Shown here: one piece after another, positions 48,701-56,529 of the stretch
Layout: every line of letters starts with the position of its first letter
Position numbering within the stretch: the stretch's first letter is position 1
Source: an archaeon
GTDB lineage: Archaea; Nanobdellota; Nanobdellia; Woesearchaeales; UBA9642
Direction of reading: 5' to 3'
Assembly: GCA_020057295.1 (NCBI GenBank)
Contig: JAGVGF010000001.1
Coordinates: 121,468-185,467, forward strand
DNA: 64,000 bases
Made by a program: the position numbers and the translations under genes
Notes under the pieces: generated by a model
Database searches by the model: none
The model's input: only the letters and a program-made list of their open reading frames with translations
Told to the model about the DNA's origin: nothing

Positions 48701-48874
48701 ATTAGCACCACTGACGGTAACTAGTAAATTTACTATATTATTACTAGTATAATTAGAATACAGATTATCCGATTCATTTACACCGGCAGAACTGATAGTA
48801 ATAGCTTGTACAGCTACTACCACAGTTAATAAGATTATTATGAATGCTAATATGCTGAATATTTTTTTATTCAT
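45722..48874 (-). CDS. Giant sequon-rich surface protein with a poly-Gly hinge, PGF-pre-PGF-like domain and C-terminal TM anchor
   Basis: The signal peptide is MNKKIFSILAFIIILLTVVVAVQA, followed by dozens of N-x-S/T sequons and Ig-like repeat character. The hinge is SGSTGGSGGSSGGGGGGGGATPDP. A YKYLKIDHD...SKWTEL...ADSPGLSLFAIS domain and an N/T-rich stalk follow. The C-terminus has a TM helix plus KKSKKD. Confidence 0.7.
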   Translation of the reverse strand: MNKKIFSILAFIIILLTVVVAVQAITISSAGVNESDNLYSNYTSNNIVNLLVTVSGANAVPGNNVTVTADFSALGVNCSGAGTSLINLSNSSATPNNWNASCNVADEAALSNFVGGPIVITANESYGAPSVTTVTVILYNMTTPPTGGCLQWGSNTINFTTISNFNAVNLTLEPMINLSCTNPTLNISAWMRTYTTVAMLNFTNLNLTDNNTIGNLSNLPSAIQVNISAPNSFGSSRIYFNSTMLASFNTRTTIVLYHLPFTSQPPIVADNGAAGVNTTTGWVQGLREGNLTFVVNGFSGYNMTDNIVPTLTVNAPLSGIYTTNNNTIINVSLNGTDTQISQAFFYVNGAMIANYTNISNTANCTNVTEGSELFQCYFNLSNKVDGVYNLTVIAYDYGGNSPGNTANTTVQFTVDNIAPVVTIVNPTNNTVNSTFVINVTVVEANVNYTQINVTNSTGSVVNTTTSSSNGSITLSPTLAEGVYNITVITYDLAGRTAIKYGSNITYDALPTGTITTPSANTTYINPNLNNYTFIGTANDTYGVANVTLTVNNILNGTAMQNYNSTTTVWNYTIYGLNATAQILYNITVNITDTAGNLYQINRTIILDNVYPTINITNPANNTRYDSLYGSVLQLDFNASDNSGTLNSCWYSLSGTLTKNNVPISNCTSSANMSIQYLYLANGTYNLTLYVNDSFNNINSSLKQFTVNDTVVPVLSSSGPSGAQGSVSTVTLTVTTFENTTCEFNRLYNFTSGTNIIFSNDNITQHTKTGESVDAGSSYTYYYRCTDMSGNIGYSSVSFSISGSTGGSGGSSGGGGGGGGATPDPSKTVTYDLIAPGSKVITIDSTSIPLSEIFLTTIASATNVKFVVTATTSPTSTYTGKVYKYLKIDHDALDNSKIDNAKIKFKIEKNWLTSNGKTKEEIYLVRYDASKWTELITTITNDDSNYVYYLADSPGLSLFAISTKAPVVVANNTGNLTGNVTTNNSGTNGTVTTGNATNNSTGNNTSTPTAPKNPYNGVWTVVIFIVIFGIIIFIVAKKSKKDNSPPIHEHN

Positions 48875-48922
48875 CTAAAAAACCCCCCACTAAAATACTT
48901 ATTAGCTTATTACAAGTATTTT

Positions 48923-48932
48923 ATTTATAAAG
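48923..48932 (-). promoter_or_regulatory. Candidate TATA box for the 45722-48874 surface-protein gene
   Basis: atttataaag lies about 50 nt upstream of the ATG at 48874. A GGGGGG/GGTT purine-rich ribosome-binding site lies immediately upstream of the start. Confidence 0.35.
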
Positions 48933-49037
48933 TTTCTCGTATTAGTATACTAAAAGGTACTCGATGTGTATTCCACAAGGAGTGATAAAAAAGTAATAAT
49001 CATCAAATATTTAAATTAATGTCATTCAAGTAGTATT

Positions 49038-49439
49038 ATGCGTTTCACAAGAATAACTATTATTAGAATTAAAAAGCCAGAGCAAGATCATATTAATGAA
49101 GAACTAAGATTCTTAGGAGAATCATTAGGACTTTTTAATGAGAGGGATAAAGACAAGAGTTGTTTTAGAATATTTATCGCGTTATTAAAATCATTAAAGA
49201 CAAATCATAGATTAACGAGCGATGAAATTGCAGATAGAACAAATCTTACACGAGGAACAGTCGTACATCATTTAAATCGTTTAATGGAATCTGGAATTGT
49301 TGTAAATCAAAAAGGATACTATATTCTCGCTGTTGATAATATGGAAGAACTTGTCGAGTTAGTTAAAAATAATTTAACAAAAACATTCGATAATCTAAAA
49401 CCTATAGCAAGAAATATTGATAAAAAGTTGGAATTATAA
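49038..49439 (+). CDS. Winged-helix (ArsR-like) transcriptional regulator
   Basis: LTSDEIADRTNLTRGTVVHHLNRLMESGIVV is an HTH plus recognition helix. The gene is convergent with the operon end, 3 nt away. Confidence 0.6.
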   Translation: MRFTRITIIRIKKPEQDHINEELRFLGESLGLFNERDKDKSCFRIFIALLKSLKTNHRLTSDEIADRTNLTRGTVVHHLNRLMESGIVVNQKGYYILAVDNMEELVELVKNNLTKTFDNLKPIARNIDKKLEL

Positions 49440-49442
49440 TTC

Positions 49443-50753
49443 TCAGAATATATATCCAGCAAATATTTTATACGCTTTAGGATTCGCAAGTGTTGTTCTC
49501 ATTCCAGCGTACAGATGTGTTTCCTTAACTCCAAGACTTAATGTATGTTTATTTTTATAAGCTGTATTATTATTAAATATTCCTTGATCATTATTAGTAT
49601 ATATTATAAATATCGGAACAGTTTTTATTAATCGAGATAAATCAACACCTAAAGTAATTTCTGGTTTCTCGCCGCTAAATTTTATTCTAAACTTTATAGG
49701 ATTACCGACAAGAGGATCATCGGCGTAGAACATATTCATTAAATTACTCATCGATTGTGGTGTTTTAACATAGCTTAACGAGTCAGTAATATTTTTTTCT
49801 AATTCATAATTATCAATTCTTACAAAGTCATCTGTGGATATTGTAAGATCTAACATTTTAGATTTACGATGTAATTGTTGCATATTTTGCATATATGTTA
49901 ATCCAAAATTTATTCCAACACCAACATTTTGACGCTGCCGCAATCTTAATGCAATATCCCATGACGACATCTTAGTATTATCATAACCAAAACCGTAAGC
50001 GTTTATACTGGTTCGTCCATTCATTAACAAAATTTTTGGAATATTAAGATTAATAACATAACCTCTAGCATGTTCAGATATCTCGTCTGCTTTTATAGTA
50101 TTATTTAACATTTTTAGTTTAAGATAATTGGTTAATTTTAGAGAATATATCTCCGTAGTCCAATTTATATCAATATTTTGCACAGATACTGATTCTGAAC
50201 CTTGATATCTAATTAATGTTCGAACATCAGTATTATCTTTAATATTATGTAATACATATTCTAAACCAAAGTCATTAAAACTTGCATAAACTTTTTTTGA
50301 TGACAAATTTTCATTTCTTAATATTCTGGTATTAGCATATAAGGTGTCAGGACCCATAATGGTTGTAGACCCCTTCGTATCCTCTTTATTATTATACGCG
50401 TAATCAATAGTTGAACCAAATAGTATCTTATGTTTTTCTAAATACCCTGTTAATAAACTAATCACTCTAGAATCTATACTACCACCATATCTATGATTTG
50501 TAAGTCCAGTTTTTGCACCATAAACATTTGTAGAATCAGTTGCTTTTAATGCTAAATATCCTTGAATATTAACTAGTTCAGATTCTTTAAACATTCCAAA
50601 ATTATTCTCGACATTTAGAACAACAGGCTTCGTCTTCAACCCTATTTCTGTATCACTTAATCGAAAATCATTATTTTGAGCATTAATATTACCAGTAAAC
50701 AGTTGATATAGTAATAGTATTCCTGCGGTAGTGTTTCGTATTTTTTTGAACAT
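49443..50753 (-). CDS. Outer-membrane-type beta-barrel-like protein (PorP/SprF- or porin-like candidate)
   Basis: The signal peptide ends INA/QNN. Alternating hydrophobic beta-strand patterns run throughout (VGVGINFGLTY, SINAYGFGYDN, LSLGVKETHLYAGM). The C-terminus AYKIFAGYIF has hydrophobic residues at positions 1, 3, 5, 7 and 9 from a terminal Phe. This is the classical OMP beta-signal. Confidence 0.5.
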   Translation of the reverse strand: MFKKIRNTTAGILLLYQLFTGNINAQNNDFRLSDTEIGLKTKPVVLNVENNFGMFKESELVNIQGYLALKATDSTNVYGAKTGLTNHRYGGSIDSRVISLLTGYLEKHKILFGSTIDYAYNNKEDTKGSTTIMGPDTLYANTRILRNENLSSKKVYASFNDFGLEYVLHNIKDNTDVRTLIRYQGSESVSVQNIDINWTTEIYSLKLTNYLKLKMLNNTIKADEISEHARGYVINLNIPKILLMNGRTSINAYGFGYDNTKMSSWDIALRLRQRQNVGVGINFGLTYMQNMQQLHRKSKMLDLTISTDDFVRIDNYELEKNITDSLSYVKTPQSMSNLMNMFYADDPLVGNPIKFRIKFSGEKPEITLGVDLSRLIKTVPIFIIYTNNDQGIFNNNTAYKNKHTLSLGVKETHLYAGMRTTLANPKAYKIFAGYIF

Positions 50754-50774
50754 GTTATCATTCTAACCAATTTT

Positions 50775-51500
50775 TTATTTAACTAATGTCATCTTTTTTG
50801 TTTTAACACCATCAAATGTTTCTAGTTTATAGAAATAAGTTCCGCTAGCATATTTGCTTGCATCAAAACTTACAATTCTTAATTGTCCTGCTTTGCAATA
50901 TTCATCCACTAAAGTTTTTAATTCTTTACCAGACATATCATAAACTCTTAATCTAACTTGTCCGTCGTGTTCTGGCTTGAATGATATATTTGTTGACGGA
51001 TTAAATGGATTGGGATAATTTTGTAATAGACCATATCCTTGTGGAATAGTTTCATCAATACTATTCACAGATGTCAATCCTTGTAATATACTGTGTAATT
51101 TTTGTGCATTCTGCTCTGCAGTAACTGATGTATCATAGATAGTACTATTACCAGTTAGAAAAGTAATTATTGGAGAATATTTATTAGCACTATCTTTACT
51201 AGTAAATGTTATAGAGAATGGTTTTACCATACTATTATTAGGATTAGCAGCATCTGTTTTACTAATGTACAATTCTGGAACTATTCTAACTGACAAACCA
51301 GTGTTAGGATTGAAAGGGTCTAATCTTACCGTATCTTTTACAGCAGTACCATGAACAACATATCCTAAATTATCTCTTAAATAAGTTCCCATTTTAGTAA
51401 TATTTGATTGCGCATTAGAAATTGCAGGAGTAGTGAATGCTAATACTGTTGATAAAAATATAGTTCCTAAAATATTTTCTAAAGATTTCTTTATAATCAT
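50775..51500 (-). CDS. Secreted protein with a T9SS-type C-terminal sorting domain (Por_Secre_tail / type A CTD)
   Basis: The signal peptide ends SNA/QSN. The C-terminal roughly 85 aa read LLQNYPNPFNPSTNISFKPEHDGQVRLRVYDMSGKELKTLVDEYCKAGQLRIVSFDASKYASGTYFYKLETFDGVKTKKMTLVK. This matches the T9SS CTD consensus almost motif for motif. Confidence 0.75.
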   Translation of the reverse strand: MIIKKSLENILGTIFLSTVLAFTTPAISNAQSNITKMGTYLRDNLGYVVHGTAVKDTVRLDPFNPNTGLSVRIVPELYISKTDAANPNNSMVKPFSITFTSKDSANKYSPIITFLTGNSTIYDTSVTAEQNAQKLHSILQGLTSVNSIDETIPQGYGLLQNYPNPFNPSTNISFKPEHDGQVRLRVYDMSGKELKTLVDEYCKAGQLRIVSFDASKYASGTYFYKLETFDGVKTKKMTLVK

Positions 51501-51504
51501 TTTA

Positions 51505-53331
51505 TTACTCCATTACATAATAATCTTTTTTCTTTGATGGATCATTGCCACCATATTCATAATGTGTCAATACTTTCTTCTTAGTATTTTTTACATCGTT
51601 CTTATAATTATTAGCCTTTATTTTAGGAGTAGATTTAGAAACAGATTTGTATTTCACATCAACATTTTCTGTGACTTTCTTATCTTTCTTTACAGGAACA
51701 TCATCTACGATTATATCACGGATATCGTCACGAATTGCCTGACCATTTCCACCGCCTAAAATTTTTACTGATGCAAAATTTATAGTATTATCATCATAAT
51801 TGGCTTCCATAACCTTTTTATCATAATTTACTGTAACACTTGGAACATATACTCCGGGAGTAATATATTTTATTCCAGTCCATACTATTGTCTCTTGATG
51901 AGCAGGAATGACTGCCGTAACAGAATTTATACTTGCACCATCTCCTTTATCTATCTTCCAAGATACTACGTTATCAATATCTGCATTATTCACTATCTTA
52001 AATTGTACAATCACTAAATCATTAGGTTTGACTGTATCATTGTATATATAGGAACTATATGGATAAAGATTATCGTTTGTTATTGCTTTTACAGTAATAT
52101 TAAATTCTTGAATTTTAGAGAATCCCCTATTTTGTGGATCTCCACTGAAGAATGTGTGTTTAACTTCTAATTTTACAGTATTTGTTCCTTGCTGCATTGC
52201 TGTAGGTGTCCATGTAATTGTGCGTGTCTTTTGATTTATAGTCATTCCACTTGGCCCTTTCAAAAGATAATATTCAAAGAAATTAGTATCTTGTGTTATG
52301 TTAATATGTAATGGTTCCACAGTCAGAGTATAAGTATATGCTTTATTTACTTCAGCATCTAAAGATGGTGTAGATGTAATGTGTGGACTCCATCCTATAG
52401 TATTGTTAACATAAAAATCTTGAGTTGTAATAACTACATTATTTTGTACTCCGCTTTTCTTGTATGCAATAATAGCTATCATCTTATAAGCATCTGTTGG
52501 TATCCATGTAGGAACTTCTGCGTCCATTACAGATGCAGGATTTTCTATACAAATAAACTCACTACCGCTAAGATCAAAATTTTGATTAGTATCTAATCGT
52601 GTACCAAATGATTTTCCAGTACATACTTTATTTACACCATTTTGTGAAGTTATACGTATCCATCCACCATTAGGTTTAAGTGTTAGGATCATTTGAATAT
52701 CTTTTGGTAAAAGACTGCCCCACCATGTAACCCTATAACTAGTGTTTGATTCAACAGTCTTTATTAACGTATTAGGAGCATCTAATTCTATATTTTCATT
52801 GACAATATTATTTGCTTCTATCTGAAAGTTTCTCAAATCACCAGGAACATATTTAGTACTTTTATCAAAACTACTCATTATTACTTCAATATTTCCATCT
52901 TGTTCATAATAACTATACCATTTATCTGGTGAAACAGGAGATAATTGAACATTCTGATTAGAATTACCAACAACAAATAAGAACCCTGTTTTAACGTCAA
53001 AACCAGTTTTATATATTGTCCACTGATATAACTTTTGTGATTCAAGATTAAATGATACTGAGCCAGTGTTATCAGTAACACCACGTGTGCTAAAACTTGC
53101 ATCATCAATACCTTGAATAATAACAGCAGCTCTATTAATATTGTTACTGCTTGTATCCGTTACCTTAAAAGAGACTTGCGACACAGTTACAACTTTATTA
53201 TCATAAACTATCCTATCAATTTGTCTTGCGTCATCAATATATTGTCTGGCACAAACAAGAGAGAGAACTGTAACCATTATTAAAGAGTAAATGAAAAAAA
53301 TTGTTATTCTTGCAAGTATTTTTGATTTCAT
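51505..53331 (-). CDS. Anchored surface protein with Ig-like and CARDB-like repeats and a Lys-rich tail
   Basis: The N-terminal anchor or signal is MKSKILARITIFFIYSLIMVTVLSLVCA. PSGMTINQKTRTITWTPTAMQQGTNTVKLEV resembles a putative Ig domain. A CARDB-like segment ends EANYDDNT. The start is ambiguous: 53331, 53352 or 53370. Confidence 0.5.
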   Translation of the reverse strand: MKSKILARITIFFIYSLIMVTVLSLVCARQYIDDARQIDRIVYDNKVVTVSQVSFKVTDTSSNNINRAAVIIQGIDDASFSTRGVTDNTGSVSFNLESQKLYQWTIYKTGFDVKTGFLFVVGNSNQNVQLSPVSPDKWYSYYEQDGNIEVIMSSFDKSTKYVPGDLRNFQIEANNIVNENIELDAPNTLIKTVESNTSYRVTWWGSLLPKDIQMILTLKPNGGWIRITSQNGVNKVCTGKSFGTRLDTNQNFDLSGSEFICIENPASVMDAEVPTWIPTDAYKMIAIIAYKKSGVQNNVVITTQDFYVNNTIGWSPHITSTPSLDAEVNKAYTYTLTVEPLHINITQDTNFFEYYLLKGPSGMTINQKTRTITWTPTAMQQGTNTVKLEVKHTFFSGDPQNRGFSKIQEFNITVKAITNDNLYPYSSYIYNDTVKPNDLVIVQFKIVNNADIDNVVSWKIDKGDGASINSVTAVIPAHQETIVWTGIKYITPGVYVPSVTVNYDKKVMEANYDDNTINFASVKILGGGNGQAIRDDIRDIIVDDVPVKKDKKVTENVDVKYKSVSKSTPKIKANNYKNDVKNTKKKVLTHYEYGGNDPSKKKDYYVME

Positions 53332-53341
53332 TTTAAAACCT

Positions 53342-56041
53342 TTATTTTCCATACTTTTTGTATAGTACAAATGCTAATATTCCTAGAATAATTATTCCTA
53401 GTATTAACCACATTGCTGTACCAAGACTTAGTATAGATTCTACATCAGATGTTACTTGTCCTGTTATTCCAGGAATTCCATCAGAATTATCTTTATTAGT
53501 ACTTGATGGAACATTAGTTTGTGTATTATTTGATGGTGTTGGAACATATTTTTCCAATTTATCAGCTACCTTAGTTGTATTAGTAACATTGGAAGGTGTT
53601 GTTTCAATTGTAGTATTTTTTATAACAGTAGTTGTAGTATTCTTTGGAGTATAAACTCCGCCACCGCCTCCACCGCCACAACTATTAGTACATGAACATC
53701 CAGAACATGGAATTACAGTTTGTGTATAAGCTACAAAATCTGTAAAGTGTTTAGTCCATATAGCAAGATCTGAACCAACTGTTATTACACATTCACTATT
53801 TAAGCTCAAAGCATCACCTGCAGATTGCGTATCTGCACTACATGTATTTACAATCTTTGTAAAAGTAGTTCCTCTCTGGAACCCTGCAGATTTACCACTC
53901 ATTCCTGGAAGAACTAAACGTACTGCTTTATCAAATGTTAAATTTTCACTATCAGTACCAACTTTAATAACTAGATTTGTTGCAGCAGTATATCCAGAAT
54001 CTGGTGTAGCATTTGCAGCAGCAATTAACAAAAGTTTTGGTAATGCGAATGAACCATCCCATGTGCTACCACCACTAATAGTGATATTTGCAGGGAATGC
54101 AATATTAATTATTCCTGAAGTAGTATTAACAGTTGCATCAATTGTTCCAACAACATTAACAGTAGTAATGTTAGTTACATTATTAACTATACTTAATGCG
54201 CCCAAGTCTAATGTTACTTCTGTTACATTTTGTGAAACTGTAATTGTTGAATTAATATTTTTTGTTGTATTATCCATTACTATTTGAGTATATGTTTGTG
54301 TTACAGTATTATTTGCAGCATAAGTTTTTATTTCTTCAGTTCTAAAAGTTGTAAAATGCGATGTGTTAAAAATTAAAGTTCCAGTAACATTATTATAACT
54401 TATGCTGTTATTATTTATACCTGTCAAATTAATATTAATAATTTCAACATTATTATCATCAAATATACGTATGTTTGGTGTGCTAGTGTATGGTAAACCA
54501 TACATCGTCAATGTTGCGTTTGCATTTTTTATGATACTTGCTGTTGTTGCATCAAGTCCAATAACACCTTTAGTCATGTTAAGTTTATTACCAAGATTCT
54601 GCATTAAAGCAATAGTTGTAGCACTAGTCATATCTAAAGGATCATTAAAACTTATTTGTCCATAACCTGTCTTTTCAAAATATAATCCTACACAATTTGT
54701 TGGATTATCGCCGCATGTATTAATATTACTTGCGATACCATTATTGTTTAGTATTGTATGAAGTGCATTGAATTCTACAGTCATTGTTGGAACTATATCT
54801 AATATGACAGTCATATTTTTTAATGCAGTATTTCCATACTTATCTGCTGCTTTAACTGTTACAGTGTATGTTCCTGATATTAAAGGCACTTGTGATGTGT
54901 TAACACTTAAATTGCCTTGAGGTAAATCATATGTTACATCACCAGCACTATTAGTTAATGTAATAGCTTTAGAAGTTATTTCTCCTATACTAAATACTCC
55001 TGTAGAATTAACGTATGATGCTACCGTTTCAAAGAAATCTGAAGGATTTAACGTTTGAACATTATCGTTAATTATGTCTGTAATATTTTTTATAGTATTA
55101 TTACTGAATGTAGTATATCCATTGTCAAGATAAACAGTATAAAAAGTACCGTTCTTGTAGAAATCCATAGTAGTATCGTACACACTATTTAAACTTGCAG
55201 CATCTATAGCTTGATTAAAACATGTGTAATCTTTATTAACATTAATAGAGTTTACAGAACATATAACATTGCTAGTTCCATTATTCTCTTTAATATTCTT
55301 GAAACTAAAATAGCCGCCAACAATATTAGCTGCCTGACCTCCGACAACATTAACATAGTTGTATGTAGGATATTTATTACCTTCCTTGAATGAAATATTT
55401 ACTGTTAGTTGATCTAGAACATTAGACTGAAAATCAATTGATCCACTTAGGCCATTAATATTATATGCCTGTGCTAATTTATCTAGATTTTGATACTTTA
55501 TAGTATCATGAGTAAAATCTATATTACCTTGTATAGATGAATTTTTTTGATTAATTGTCAATACAACATTATTGAATCCATCAACAAATTCATCTGCATC
55601 ACTCCATACAGTCACTTGAACAGATTGATTATTGACTGCTAACGCAGTATTATTGAATGTAAACGTTCTAAGGCCAGAAATATTATTATTATTCCAATTA
55701 TATATTAATGTAGTAACATTGTTACTATCAGTAGCATTAGTAAAATATGTTATAACATCACCCAAAATATTATCAGTTAATGTTATATTACTAGGATTAA
55801 TACCAGTATAATATATATAGATACGATTTGTACCACCAACTACAGGATTATGTCCTGCTTGTGCCGTTACACCAGTAAAGTTCATTGAACCTTGAACAGT
55901 TAAATCTGAATTATGACTATTAAAACTCATTGTTACTAATGTTATAGTACTAGTATCATTAACAGCATTAATAGCAGTAGCCACTAAAAGTATAGACAAG
56001 AATGTACAAAAAATTAAAAAAGATGATTTCATATTATTCAT
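53342..56041 (-). CDS. Giant sequon-rich surface protein with a poly-Gly hinge and C-terminal TM anchor
   Basis: The start is taken at MNNMKSSFLIFCTFLSILLVATAINA. Dozens of N-x-S/T sequons are present, with domain ends SHFTTFRT and KHFTDFVAY. The hinge is CGGGGGGGVYTP, followed by an N/T-rich stalk. The C-terminus has the TM helix WLILGIIILGILAFVLY plus KKYGK. Confidence 0.65.
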   Translation of the reverse strand: MNNMKSSFLIFCTFLSILLVATAINAVNDTSTITLVTMSFNSHNSDLTVQGSMNFTGVTAQAGHNPVVGGTNRIYIYYTGINPSNITLTDNILGDVITYFTNATDSNNVTTLIYNWNNNNISGLRTFTFNNTALAVNNQSVQVTVWSDADEFVDGFNNVVLTINQKNSSIQGNIDFTHDTIKYQNLDKLAQAYNINGLSGSIDFQSNVLDQLTVNISFKEGNKYPTYNYVNVVGGQAANIVGGYFSFKNIKENNGTSNVICSVNSINVNKDYTCFNQAIDAASLNSVYDTTMDFYKNGTFYTVYLDNGYTTFSNNTIKNITDIINDNVQTLNPSDFFETVASYVNSTGVFSIGEITSKAITLTNSAGDVTYDLPQGNLSVNTSQVPLISGTYTVTVKAADKYGNTALKNMTVILDIVPTMTVEFNALHTILNNNGIASNINTCGDNPTNCVGLYFEKTGYGQISFNDPLDMTSATTIALMQNLGNKLNMTKGVIGLDATTASIIKNANATLTMYGLPYTSTPNIRIFDDNNVEIININLTGINNNSISYNNVTGTLIFNTSHFTTFRTEEIKTYAANNTVTQTYTQIVMDNTTKNINSTITVSQNVTEVTLDLGALSIVNNVTNITTVNVVGTIDATVNTTSGIINIAFPANITISGGSTWDGSFALPKLLLIAAANATPDSGYTAATNLVIKVGTDSENLTFDKAVRLVLPGMSGKSAGFQRGTTFTKIVNTCSADTQSAGDALSLNSECVITVGSDLAIWTKHFTDFVAYTQTVIPCSGCSCTNSCGGGGGGGVYTPKNTTTTVIKNTTIETTPSNVTNTTKVADKLEKYVPTPSNNTQTNVPSSTNKDNSDGIPGITGQVTSDVESILSLGTAMWLILGIIILGILAFVLYKKYGK

Positions 56042-56260
56042 TTTACGCCCCCAAGCTGTAAATACAAAATAAAGTGTATGATACGTAACAGTACGCATCA
56101 AGTAAATAAAGACATTAAATGTATCCGTTCACAACAACAACGGAATTACCCCAACAGTTAAATTTATGCTTAAAAGGTATAATCAAATGGCATTTATAAA
56201 CTTTTCTATAGAAATTTACTACTATTTAGAGAATAATTAAAAATTAAAAAAATTTAGAAC

Positions 56261-56497
56261 TTACTTCTTTTTCTCATCTGATGGTAGAACTTCACGTAAT
56301 ATTTCTATTGGTATTACTCCTTTTTCGAATTCTAGTTTTGCTATTTCTAAAGGATCGTAGTGTAGTTCTTCTAACATTTTTGGAGTTAATTTAACTGCCA
56401 TAGGTGCACCCATTGATATCTGCATTGATCTTGCGCCTATAATTCTAGCTTTTTCATATTTTGTAAGTTTATTCTTTTCAAGTTTTAAGTCAACCAT
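56261..56497 (-). CDS. rpoK: DNA-directed RNA polymerase subunit K (Rpo6)
   Basis: LTKYEKARIIGARSMQISMGAP matches RpoK. The start is set at the ATG after an AGGTGAT site. Confidence 0.85.
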   Translation of the reverse strand: MVDLKLEKNKLTKYEKARIIGARSMQISMGAPMAVKLTPKMLEELHYDPLEIAKLEFEKGVIPIEILREVLPSDEKKK

Positions 56498-56529
56498 GAA
56501 TATCACCTATTAACAATAACTCTTTGGAG

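Noticed and set aside
49443-53370. The bacterial-like T9SS-CTD and beta-barrel genes as a simple contaminant or chimeric assembly.
   Set aside because: This is not fully excluded, but I judge it unlikely from the sequence. The genes are packed within a few nucleotides of archaeal-style neighbours on the same strand. They share the AT-rich composition of their surroundings and are flanked on both sides by archaeal core genes. Read-level validation is still required.
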